A DNA stretch of 64,000 nt, from contig CAXXHA010000035.1 of NCBI GenBank assembly GCA_963662265.2, forward strand, positions 96,001-160,000, in the 5' to 3' direction. This DNA is from Spirochaetia bacterium (GTDB lineage: Bacteria; Spirochaetota; Spirochaetia; CADAEX01). Of this stretch, positions 20,285 through 29,188 are shown piece after piece; position 1 is the first letter of the stretch; each line of letters begins with the position of its first letter. A model generated the notes under the pieces. That model saw only the letters and a list, made by a program, of their open reading frames with translations. It had not been told where the DNA came from and searched no databases. The position numbers and the translations under genes are program-made.

Positions 20285-21253
20285 TCAGAATGCTGTAATC
20301 AGTGTGCCTGCCTTGCCCCTGAGCGCTTTTTTAAGATTGTCAACATCTGTAATTATTGCCCTGTTTTCTGAATCTGCCTGTATGAATTCAATTGCGGCCT
20401 GAATCTTTGGGCCCATTGAGCCTTCTGGGAATTCCCCCTGTTTCATATAATATCTTGCTTCAGCAAGAGTCATCCTGCTCATGATTTTCTCATTTTCTGT
20501 ACCGAAACCAAGTGAAACAGAAGGAACTCCTGTTATAATGACAAGTGTCTTAATCCCTACTGTGAGTGCGATTTTCATGCTTGCAAGATCCTTGTCAATT
20601 ACGCAGTCTACTCCCTCAAGAGTTCCGTCTTCCTCATAGTAAATTGGAATTCCTCCCCCCCCTCCGGTAACAATAATATATCCCTGCTCATGAAGCAGTT
20701 TTATTGCATCCTTCTCAACAACTTCCAGGGGATAGGGCGATGCCACATACCTTCTCCAGCCCCTTCCTGCATCGTTTTTTACAACCCAGTTGTTTTTTTC
20801 AGCCATGACTGCGGCTTCCTCTTCCGTGTAAAACCTTCCTATCGGTTTTGTCGGGTGTGAAAGTGCCGGATCTTTTCTGTCAACCACCATCTGGACAGGA
20901 ACAGCAACAACATTTTTTCTTATTCCCTTTCTTATCATCAGGTTCTGAATATTCTGCTCAAGCATGTACCCCATAGAGCCTTCTGTCATTGCATCTGCAA
21001 CACCCAGCGGTGTTTCAGGAATTATGTCCTTTGCCTGATCAACCATCATCATAAGTGCGCCCACCTGGGGCCCGTTTCCATGTGTAATAACAAAATTAAA
21101 TCCGTCTTCAATAAGGTCAACAACAGGTTTCAGACTCCTGTATGTGTTGCTCCACTGGGAATGGAAATCACCTGAATCCCCTTTTTTAATTATTGTATTT
21201 CCTCCCAGGGCAATTACTATTTTTTTATCCTGAATAATATATGAATCTGACAT
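20285..21253 (-). CDS. arcC: Carbamate kinase
   Basis: ALGGN, THGNGPQVG, PTKPIG, GGGGIP, IDKD, GSMGPK. Confidence 0.95.
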   Translation of the reverse strand: MSDSYIIQDKKIVIALGGNTIIKKGDSGDFHSQWSNTYRSLKPVVDLIEDGFNFVITHGNGPQVGALMMMVDQAKDIIPETPLGVADAMTEGSMGYMLEQNIQNLMIRKGIRKNVVAVPVQMVVDRKDPALSHPTKPIGRFYTEEEAAVMAEKNNWVVKNDAGRGWRRYVASPYPLEVVEKDAIKLLHEQGYIIVTGGGGGIPIYYEEDGTLEGVDCVIDKDLASMKIALTVGIKTLVIITGVPSVSLGFGTENEKIMSRMTLAEARYYMKQGEFPEGSMGPKIQAAIEFIQADSENRAIITDVDNLKKALRGKAGTLITAF

Positions 21254-21467
21254 TGTTTCGCCTCCTGCTGCCTGTGATATTCTGCAGCTGTTGTGTTTTT
21301 TTAATTTAAAATAAAAAGTGTAATGATATATGTTAATTTGAGTTTCTGTAATTTGTCAAAATATTTTCTGTTCTATTCTGAAAGTCCGGCTTGTTAATTA
21401 ATCTTCAGTTTTTTCATTTATGTAATTCACTGGTTTTTTACATAATAAAGAGTGTATAATTATGATT

Positions 21468-22955
21468 ATGACAGATATTGAGGAATACTCGGAAACTACA
21501 TCAGCTTATGAACTCTTTTTCTTTCTCTACAACAAGATCATAAAGAAAGAGATAACAACTTTTGAACAGCTTGTAAAAGCGGTTCAGACAGTTCCCGAAG
21601 GGGAAGCCAAGACAAGAGTTCTTAAAAACGGGTTTATGCTTATAATAAAGCTTAACTGGGGATTTTTCAGCCAGCTTTCTCCCGATACATATCCCAAGCT
21701 GTGGAAGAAGCTTACAGTTTCCGACCGTGATTATCATTTCGGCGCCGATCTGAAGCGTAATATGACAATAACAAATATTTATATGAGTTTTATTGATATT
21801 CACGGGTATACTGCATTCTGCCTCAATTCAGGGCTTAATACATCCAGGCTCCAGAAGCTTGATGAATTCATAGACAAGCATGTAAATGAGATTGCAAGAA
21901 AGAATCATGTTCTCTGCAGAAGGATGAGGGGAGATGAGATAATTCTTGCAGGAACATCAGCAATTGATATTGTAGAGACTACAGTTCAGATTGCAGATTA
22001 CTTTTCCGGTAAAAAGCTTATTAACAGTACCCGGTTCATAGAATCCAGAAGTTCAAGACCTCCTCTGCTTCCGGATATGACTATATCTGCAGGTATCGCG
22101 GGAGGGAAGAAATTTACTCCTCTTGTTGTTACATCGGACGGGGATCTTTCAGGTACTGTTGTAAATACAGCTGCCCGTCTGCAGGGGCAGGCTAATAAAA
22201 TTTCCAAAAATAAAAACAGGATACTGTCATCCAATCATGTTGTCGGAAACTATATAAGGGAAGCATCCGGAAGAAAGGGGACGCTGCTTGAAGAGAATCA
22301 TCTTGATTTTTTCAATGGCGGTTATGTGAGTTTTAAAGGGGTCGGCGTTACCATAAATGAAGTTATTATTAATAAGAAGGAATGCTGCAGGATGTCTTAT
22401 CAGAAGGAGCTTCTTGATCTTGTGGATTCACTTAAAAAGAACCTGTGGAATGATAAAATATTTACAAATCTTATGAATCTCATAATTGCCGCAGCTGAAA
22501 AATCACCTCCCTTTCTTGTCTCTCTTGATGAGGAATATCCTATAAACAATGCTGATCTGTCAGTTATTGCAAAAAAAACACTGTCCCTGTTTCAGGAGAA
22601 ATCATATATAGAAGCTGTTGACCAGCTGGATATAATTTACAGGCATGTTAAGGATAACGAAGCGCTTGATTATTTTACAGTTGTATATACAGAGAATATT
22701 CTGAATGCTTACAGGAAGATTGTTGCAGGGTACCGCAGAAATTTCGAGAAACTGATAGAGGGAGAGGCAAAGAGGCATATGTCGCCGGAAGACATGGACA
22801 GGTACAATACGCTTAAAACCCAGTCTGCCGTGTATGAGAAACTCAGAAACAGGCTTCATAATAAAATATCACATCAGAAACGGAAAATAATCTGGACATC
22901 AACTGTAAACCTTGAAAAGACAGATCTTGTGTTCCAGATATATTTCGGTAAATAG
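21468..22955 (+). CDS. Class III nucleotide cyclase-domain protein
   Basis: FIDIHGYT, RMRGDE, DLSGTVVNTAARLQ; start ATG 21468 or 21462. Confidence 0.7.
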   Translation: MTDIEEYSETTSAYELFFFLYNKIIKKEITTFEQLVKAVQTVPEGEAKTRVLKNGFMLIIKLNWGFFSQLSPDTYPKLWKKLTVSDRDYHFGADLKRNMTITNIYMSFIDIHGYTAFCLNSGLNTSRLQKLDEFIDKHVNEIARKNHVLCRRMRGDEIILAGTSAIDIVETTVQIADYFSGKKLINSTRFIESRSSRPPLLPDMTISAGIAGGKKFTPLVVTSDGDLSGTVVNTAARLQGQANKISKNKNRILSSNHVVGNYIREASGRKGTLLEENHLDFFNGGYVSFKGVGVTINEVIINKKECCRMSYQKELLDLVDSLKKNLWNDKIFTNLMNLIIAAAEKSPPFLVSLDEEYPINNADLSVIAKKTLSLFQEKSYIEAVDQLDIIYRHVKDNEALDYFTVVYTENILNAYRKIVAGYRRNFEKLIEGEAKRHMSPEDMDRYNTLKTQSAVYEKLRNRLHNKISHQKRKIIWTSTVNLEKTDLVFQIYFGK

Positions 22956-23097
22956 CTGAGGTAAATATTTAATTGATTTTCTGTTTATCCTGTCAGCCGG
23001 ATTTAGCCTGGAATCCGGTGCAGGGGAACTGAATAATTATTTTCGAAGAGATTAAGTTGGTTTTGACAGCTGAGTCCTCCTGTCATAAAATAATTAC

Positions 23098-23469
23098 ATG
23101 AAAATAATAGAAAATGAAAATATGCCTTCTGCAAACGGTCACTATTCACAGTGTATTGAGCACAATGGAATCCTGTATCTTTCGGGTCAGCTTCCAGTTG
23201 TACCTGTTACCCGGGAAATTCCTGAAGGGATAAAAGAGCAGACCCATCAGGCCCTGGTGAATGTTGAGAGTATCCTGAACGCTGCGGGTAGCAGCAGGGA
23301 AAAAATACTGAGTGTGAGAATTTATGTTTCTGATATCTCGCTCTGGGATGATGTTAACGAGGTTTATGCTTCTTTTTTCGGCAGCCACAAGCCTGTAAGG
23401 TGCGTTGTCCCTGTAAAGGACCTTCATTTCGGATGTCTTGTGGAAATAGAAACAACAGCTGTTGTTTAG
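23098..23469 (+). CDS. RidA/YjgF-family protein
   Basis: GHYSQ, LSGQLP, NEVYASFF, PVRC, VEIE. Confidence 0.9.
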   Translation: MKIIENENMPSANGHYSQCIEHNGILYLSGQLPVVPVTREIPEGIKEQTHQALVNVESILNAAGSSREKILSVRIYVSDISLWDDVNEVYASFFGSHKPVRCVVPVKDLHFGCLVEIETTAVV

Positions 23470-23510
23470 GTTATCAGAAAGATAAAGTCCTGTTTTATTC
23501 TCAGGTCGGG

Positions 23511-23545
23511 TCACAAACCCTTTGCTTGCGGCGGTGTTATTGACT
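23511..23545. repeat. Short dispersed repeat, copy 1 of 3
   Basis: GCTTGCGGCGGTGTTATTGACT; related copies at 39835 and 54271. Confidence 0.55.
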
Positions 23546-23580
23546 GGTCGGGCATCACCCAGATGTTTTAAACTGTTCTG

Positions 23581-24408
23581 TCAGGACAGTTTTCTCAGCC
23601 ATCTTTCAGTGTGATAGCTGAATTCCTCTTCCTTTTCTATTTGAAGCATGTGGCCTGCCCCGTCAAGGACGATGAAATCCCCCCTTGGAAAATTATCTGC
23701 CAGTTTGAAGGAATCCCTGTACCCGACAGACTGGTCCTGCATCCCGAGAAAAATCAGAACAGGTTTTTCATACGGCCTGTCAAGAGAATCAATATTATCG
23801 CTGAATGTGTATCCTTCCCTCTTTATTTTTTTCAGGAGGGTAATATTGCTTTTTCTTACACCCGACCTGACCTCTTCAAGATATCTTTTCCATACTTTTT
23901 CTGTCTGCCTGGTGAGAACTGTGTCGCATGTTCTCCTGTCATTATCAGAAAGAGATTTGTAGAGATCCTTATCCCTCTCAACTATTTTCGGGCGCGGAAT
24001 ATCTCTCTTCTCAAACTCTGCAACTGCAACAGGGCATATCATCATAAGCCCGCCAACCCTTTTAAAGTCTTTTTTGAGAAGAGCCCTGGCAAGATATGAT
24101 CCGTATGATTCTGATGCTATATAGTATGTATCCTCTTTAATCAGTTCCCTGACAGCTTCTTCAAGTATGCTGAAAAGTTCATCAGTGGTTGATATCTCCT
24201 CTTTCAGAAGAGTGTTCCCCATTCCGGGCAGGTCTATATAGATCCGTTTGAAATTCTTTAATTCTTCATCATCGGTGTTTTCAAAAATTCTTTCCATACA
24301 CCCTTTCATCAGGTTATGGTCGCACCAGTTGCCGTGTATCATTAAAAGAGGCTTTCCCTCTCCGTGAATTTCATAATAGATATGAGCTTTTTCAAGATTC
24401 AGAAGCAT
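23581..24408 (-). CDS. Alpha/beta hydrolase
   Basis: IHG, IDLPGMG, SESYG nucleophile elbow, GMQD, AGH. Confidence 0.9.
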   Translation of the reverse strand: MLLNLEKAHIYYEIHGEGKPLLMIHGNWCDHNLMKGCMERIFENTDDEELKNFKRIYIDLPGMGNTLLKEEISTTDELFSILEEAVRELIKEDTYYIASESYGSYLARALLKKDFKRVGGLMMICPVAVAEFEKRDIPRPKIVERDKDLYKSLSDNDRRTCDTVLTRQTEKVWKRYLEEVRSGVRKSNITLLKKIKREGYTFSDNIDSLDRPYEKPVLIFLGMQDQSVGYRDSFKLADNFPRGDFIVLDGAGHMLQIEKEEEFSYHTERWLRKLS

Positions 24409-24615
24409 TTTGTTTCCTGTTCAGAATATTTTCATGCATAAAAACAACCGGATAGGGCTGAATATAAGTACATACGGCTAGCATATTAAAAACAGCAGTG
24501 ATATGTGTCAATCAGAATATTCAGCCGGAATAGATATTTTTGTTATGAACTGAAATTCTTGTGCTGAATTATTATCTATTTCCGGCAGGTCTTCTGACTG
24601 CAGGGGCACCTGGTT

Positions 24616-24963
24616 TTATTTATCGCCTTCTTCCGGCACTATGCATATAAAGGAAAAATCATTATCTCCGGCATTTTTAAACTGATGATCCTCTCCTCCT
24701 TTTATATAGGCAGTATCTCCAGCTTTAACTGTTTTTTCCTCTCCGTCAATCAGCAGGGTACCCTGGCCCTTGATTATATAATTGATATGAGGCCATGAAT
24801 GTGTATGTCTTGGTGTGTATCCCTCTTTTGATAGAGTGAATATTCGCATTACCCAGCCGTCCCATCCTTCTTTACCTGATATGGGCGTCTGTTTCACAAT
24901 ATTCCTGGCTGTTTCCATATTTATTGCAATTTTTTCTACATCTTCGCTTTTTACTAAAGGCAT
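24616..24963 (-). CDS. Cupin-domain protein
   Basis: TPRHTHSWPH...HQFKN. Confidence 0.9.
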   Translation of the reverse strand: MPLVKSEDVEKIAINMETARNIVKQTPISGKEGWDGWVMRIFTLSKEGYTPRHTHSWPHINYIIKGQGTLLIDGEEKTVKAGDTAYIKGGEDHQFKNAGDNDFSFICIVPEEGDK

Positions 24964-25280
24964 GGCTTTTCTCCTGGTTTGATAATATTTAGTCTGTATC
25001 TGAATTTTAATATATTGCCGGATTATCTGATAGTCAAATGTATATTTAAAATAATGCCTGAGATTATTAAATTGTATTAAATAAAAATGAAATTATTGTT
25101 AAAAAATATATTGCAGAATTATATTGATAATTAGAACATAGCGTCTTAGAATATATAATCTGATACCTGCAGAATTTCTTTAAATATCTAATCTTATGGA
25201 TAGTAATTATCTCCTAAACAGATGCAGGTTACAGTCAGGAAAATAATTATTCGTCTGTTAAGACTTTTCAGGAGATTTAT

Positions 25281-25745
25281 ATGAGCGATAATTTGAAACC
25301 CTGCACCAAGTGTATTGAATTTTATCAGACTGGTGCTGACAGTGAATTCAACTGTTCAGAAGCAACATTATTTGGTCTGGCTGATTATTTGAATATCAGT
25401 TCAGAACTTATCCCTTCGCTTGCAACACCTTTCGGAAGGGGAGTTGCCCGAAACGGTTATATGTGCGGCAGTCTTGTGGGCGGCTTGATTGCTATAGGTC
25501 TTAAATACGGAAGAAAGCGTATGGATGGGGATAAAAACCCTTCATACAGCAGGGCTGACAGGCTGATATCCAAATTCGTATCTAAATTCGGAACTGTCAA
25601 CTGTTCGGAAATAACAGGCATGAAAATGAAGGATCTTGTGAATGATGAAGAGGAAATGCTCCGTATTCATCATAATATCTGCAAACCGCTTGTTCGTCAG
25701 GTCTGCAAATGGACGATTGAAGAACTGGATAGTGAAGATTTATAA
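25281..25745 (+). CDS. C_GCAxxG_C_C family putative redox-active protein
   Basis: FNCSE, MCGSLVGG, FGTVNCSEI, terminal Cys. Confidence 0.85.
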   Translation: MSDNLKPCTKCIEFYQTGADSEFNCSEATLFGLADYLNISSELIPSLATPFGRGVARNGYMCGSLVGGLIAIGLKYGRKRMDGDKNPSYSRADRLISKFVSKFGTVNCSEITGMKMKDLVNDEEEMLRIHHNICKPLVRQVCKWTIEELDSEDL

Positions 25746-26091
25746 AGCCGGTATACTCTTTCCAGATATATGCATTTCAAAATATCAAATCTACTCAAAA
25801 AGATAAAAAAATAACGATTAATATTTGACATGTTGAACTTTTAATGTTAGCCTCTTAATGGATATATATGTATCGATATAAATGTATTCTATAGGCAGGT
25901 GAAGATATGAAACATGGCAGCTGTTTATTGCTGCTTTAAATCAACTCTGTTGCCTTTTGAAAATATATTTTCCCCTGTAAAGGAAAGGCTGGTTAATGAG
26001 CAATAATACCTGATGCTTTTCTATTGTTGACTCGGGGAATTAATTATATTCTTTTTTTACGTTTTTCTTGATTTTAAAAAATGAGGTAGAA

Positions 26092-26553
26092 ATGATGGAT
26101 AAAAAAGAATGTATAGACCTTGGATTGAAATATTACAACAATCCTGATGGCGGCAAGCTTAACTGCTGTGAATCAACTCTTCTTGCTTTATGCAGTTATA
26201 TGGAACTTGCTGATGAGAATATCCCTGCAATTGCAACTCCCTTCGGAGGGGGAATAGGAGGATGCGGAAAGACCTGCGGCTGTTTAACAGGCGCTGCCAT
26301 GGCTATCGGGCTCAGGTACGGAAGGAAAAACGGAGATGAATGCAAAGATCCTGCAACTGATGCAGTCCGTGAATTGATGGACCTTTTCATGGAAAAATAC
26401 GGGACAACCGACTGCGGAGAACTGACTGGTATAATTATGAGGGAAACTGAACTGACAGATGAGGAAAAGAAGAAGCTTCATGACGATGTCTGCGATAGAG
26501 TTCTCTCAGATACGATTCTGTGGGCTTCCGGAATTCTGGATAAAAAAAATTAA
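26092..26553 (+). CDS. C_GCAxxG_C_C family putative redox-active protein (paralogue)
   Basis: LNCCES, FGGGIG, TCGCLTG, YGTTDCGEL. Confidence 0.85.
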   Translation: MMDKKECIDLGLKYYNNPDGGKLNCCESTLLALCSYMELADENIPAIATPFGGGIGGCGKTCGCLTGAAMAIGLRYGRKNGDECKDPATDAVRELMDLFMEKYGTTDCGELTGIIMRETELTDEEKKKLHDDVCDRVLSDTILWASGILDKKN

Positions 26554-26724
26554 GTCACGGGAGTTACCAGTGATATTTGGCATGATTCATGTGGTGCAGA
26601 TTATATGCAACTCTGTATTGTGTAATTATCAATTTTCAGCGAATTGAATATGTAATATATTTTGATTGAAAAACTGGTAAAATTCTATTTATATACCGGT
26701 TTTTTGTTCAAAAAACTTTATTTA

Positions 26725-26753
26725 TTGCAATGCGATAAATGTGACTATATAAT
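26725..26753 (+). promoter_or_regulatory. Sigma70 promoter of the oxidoreductase operon
   Basis: TTGCAA-17-TATAAT. Confidence 0.6.
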
Positions 26754-26919
26754 AGAAAAAAATCAGTAATAAAATAATAAATTAATTATTTGAGACTTGA
26801 GGTGTGGAAAAGGTATGCACCCGGCAGCATTAAATGCCGGAACTCACAGCATGGAGGGGACGGCCTTTATACTGTGTGTAAAATAATTAACTTTGTCAGG
26901 TTCAAATATAGGAGTGGAA

Positions 26920-27426
26920 ATGGGACAATGTTGTTGTGACGGTCTTAAGACTGAAGCTGAAGAAATTATCAAAGTAACCGGTGTTGGTCTGGAAAAGACA
27001 ATACCTATTCTACAGGAGATTCAGAAGAGGAAAGGATATATTCCTGAAGACCTTCTGAATAAAGTTGCAGAAATTGCAGGTATCCCTGAGAGTAAATTTT
27101 ACGGGGTTGCAACCTTTTATTCACAGTTCAGGTTTACACCTCTCGGAAAGTATCTCATCAAGGTTTGTAACGGTACTGCCTGCTTTGTTTCCGGGGCTGA
27201 TATTATTATTGATACACTTTCTGAGCTCCTTGGAGTTTCAGACGGTGAAACTACAGAAGACGGTCTTTTTACACTTGAAACAGTAGCATGTCTCGGGTGC
27301 TGTTCGCTTGCACCTGTAGTCATGATTAATGACAGAGTATACGGAAAGCAGAGTGTTGACAGTATCAGGAAGCTTATTGCAAAGATAAGGGAAGAGGAAA
27401 AGTCAGCTGTCGGAGAGGGTGTTTAA
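26920..27426 (+). CDS. NuoE/HydC-like 2Fe-2S subunit
   Basis: VATFYSQF, CNGTAC...CLGCC. Confidence 0.9.
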   Translation: MGQCCCDGLKTEAEEIIKVTGVGLEKTIPILQEIQKRKGYIPEDLLNKVAEIAGIPESKFYGVATFYSQFRFTPLGKYLIKVCNGTACFVSGADIIIDTLSELLGVSDGETTEDGLFTLETVACLGCCSLAPVVMINDRVYGKQSVDSIRKLIAKIREEEKSAVGEGV

Positions 27427-29178
27427 ATGTCAGATACTATAGTAAAAGTCGGGCTTGGTTCCTGCGGTATTGCAGCAGGTGCTCTTGATGTTTTCAATCA
27501 TCTTGAACAGGACAGCGAAAAGGATTTTCAGCTCCATCAGACATCCTGTATAGGTCTCTGTTTTGCCGAACCCATTGTAGAGGTTCATAAAGATAATGAA
27601 AGAACTGTATACGGCAATGTTGATATCAAATTTGCTGATAAAATAATCGAAGGTCTTGCCCGCGGAGAGCTCCCTTCTGAAAACAGGGTGCTTGAAGATG
27701 AGAATGCGTCAAAGTATATTAAGCGGCAGGTCAAGTTTGCTCTTAAAAACTGCGGTGTTATTGATCCTGAAAACATAGATGAATATATAGAAAGGGACGG
27801 GTATAAGGCCCTTGAAAAAGCAGCGTCTTCAATGACCCCTGAAAAAATAATTGAAGTAATGAAAGACTCAGGCCTGAAAGGCCGTGGCGGCGGTGGTTTT
27901 CTCACCGGGCAGAAGTGGGAATTTCTTAAAAACGCAAAGAAAGATAAGAAATATCTTGTCTGTAATGCTGATGAGGGAGACCCCGGTGCATTTATGGACA
28001 GGGCAATACTTGAAGGTGATCCCCATACTGTTATTGAAGGGATGACAATAGCTGCATTTGCAACAGGAGCATCTGAAGGATATGTTTACTGCAGGGCGGA
28101 GTATCCTCTTGCAGTAAAGAGACTGCATAAGGCTATTGCTGATGCAGAGGAAAGAAATTATCTGGGCGATGATATTCTCGGAAAAGGATTTTCATTTCAC
28201 CTTCATGTAAAAGAGGGTGCAGGTGCATTTGTCTGCGGTGAAGAGACAGCTCTTATTGCATCTATTGAGGGGGGCAGGGGAATGCCTCACCTGAGACCTC
28301 CTTTTCCTGCAGAGTCTGGGATTCATCATCTTCCGACAAATATCAACAATGTTGAAACATATGCCAATGTTTCCAACATAATCTATAACGGGGCTGAGTC
28401 ATTCAATGTTTACCGGTCAAAAAACAGTTACGGAACCAAGGTTTTTGCTCTTGCAGGCAAGATCAAGAATGTGGGTCTTGTTGAAATTCCGATGGGACTC
28501 ACTATCCGGGAAGTTGTTGAAGAGATAGGCGGCGGATCCTCTACAGGCAAAAAGCTTAAAGCTGTCCAGATGGGCGGTCCTGCAGGCGGCTGTATTCCGG
28601 AGTCTCTTTTTGATACACCTATTACATATGAAGATATAAATGAAACCGGTGCTATCATGGGTTCAGGTGGACTCATTGTAATGGATGAAACCTCCTGTAT
28701 GGTTGATGTGGCAAGGTATTTCCTTCAGTTTACACAGCAGGAATCATGCGGAAAATGTACTTTCTGCAGAATCGGGACAAAACGAATGCTTGAAATCCTT
28801 ACCCGCATAACAGAAGGGGAAGGCAGTCTTGAAGATATTGATCTTCTCGCATCGCTTTCCGACCATGTAGGCAAGACTTCTCTCTGCGGTCTGGGCCAGC
28901 TTGCACCGAACCCTGTAAAGACAACTCTCAAGTATTTCAGGGATGAGTATGTTGCTCATGTTAAAGATAAGAAATGTCCTGCCGGAGTATGCAGGTCTCT
29001 TATCGAGATAAAGATTGATGCTGAAAAATGTACCGGATGTACAGCATGTGTAAGAGTTTGTCCTGTTAATGCAATAAGTGGCGAAAGAAAACAGCCGCAT
29101 GTTATTGATCAGGAAAAATGTACAAGATGCGGTATGTGTATTGAAAAATGCAGATTTGATGCAATAGACAGGATTTAG
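27427..29178 (+). CDS. NuoF/HydB-like FMN/NADH-binding subunit
   Basis: GRGGGGF, NADEGDPGAFMDR, GEETAL, ESCGKCTFCRIG, C-terminal 2x[4Fe-4S]. Confidence 0.92.
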   Translation: MSDTIVKVGLGSCGIAAGALDVFNHLEQDSEKDFQLHQTSCIGLCFAEPIVEVHKDNERTVYGNVDIKFADKIIEGLARGELPSENRVLEDENASKYIKRQVKFALKNCGVIDPENIDEYIERDGYKALEKAASSMTPEKIIEVMKDSGLKGRGGGGFLTGQKWEFLKNAKKDKKYLVCNADEGDPGAFMDRAILEGDPHTVIEGMTIAAFATGASEGYVYCRAEYPLAVKRLHKAIADAEERNYLGDDILGKGFSFHLHVKEGAGAFVCGEETALIASIEGGRGMPHLRPPFPAESGIHHLPTNINNVETYANVSNIIYNGAESFNVYRSKNSYGTKVFALAGKIKNVGLVEIPMGLTIREVVEEIGGGSSTGKKLKAVQMGGPAGGCIPESLFDTPITYEDINETGAIMGSGGLIVMDETSCMVDVARYFLQFTQQESCGKCTFCRIGTKRMLEILTRITEGEGSLEDIDLLASLSDHVGKTSLCGLGQLAPNPVKTTLKYFRDEYVAHVKDKKCPAGVCRSLIEIKIDAEKCTGCTACVRVCPVNAISGERKQPHVIDQEKCTRCGMCIEKCRFDAIDRI

Positions 29179-29188
29179 AGGAATATTT

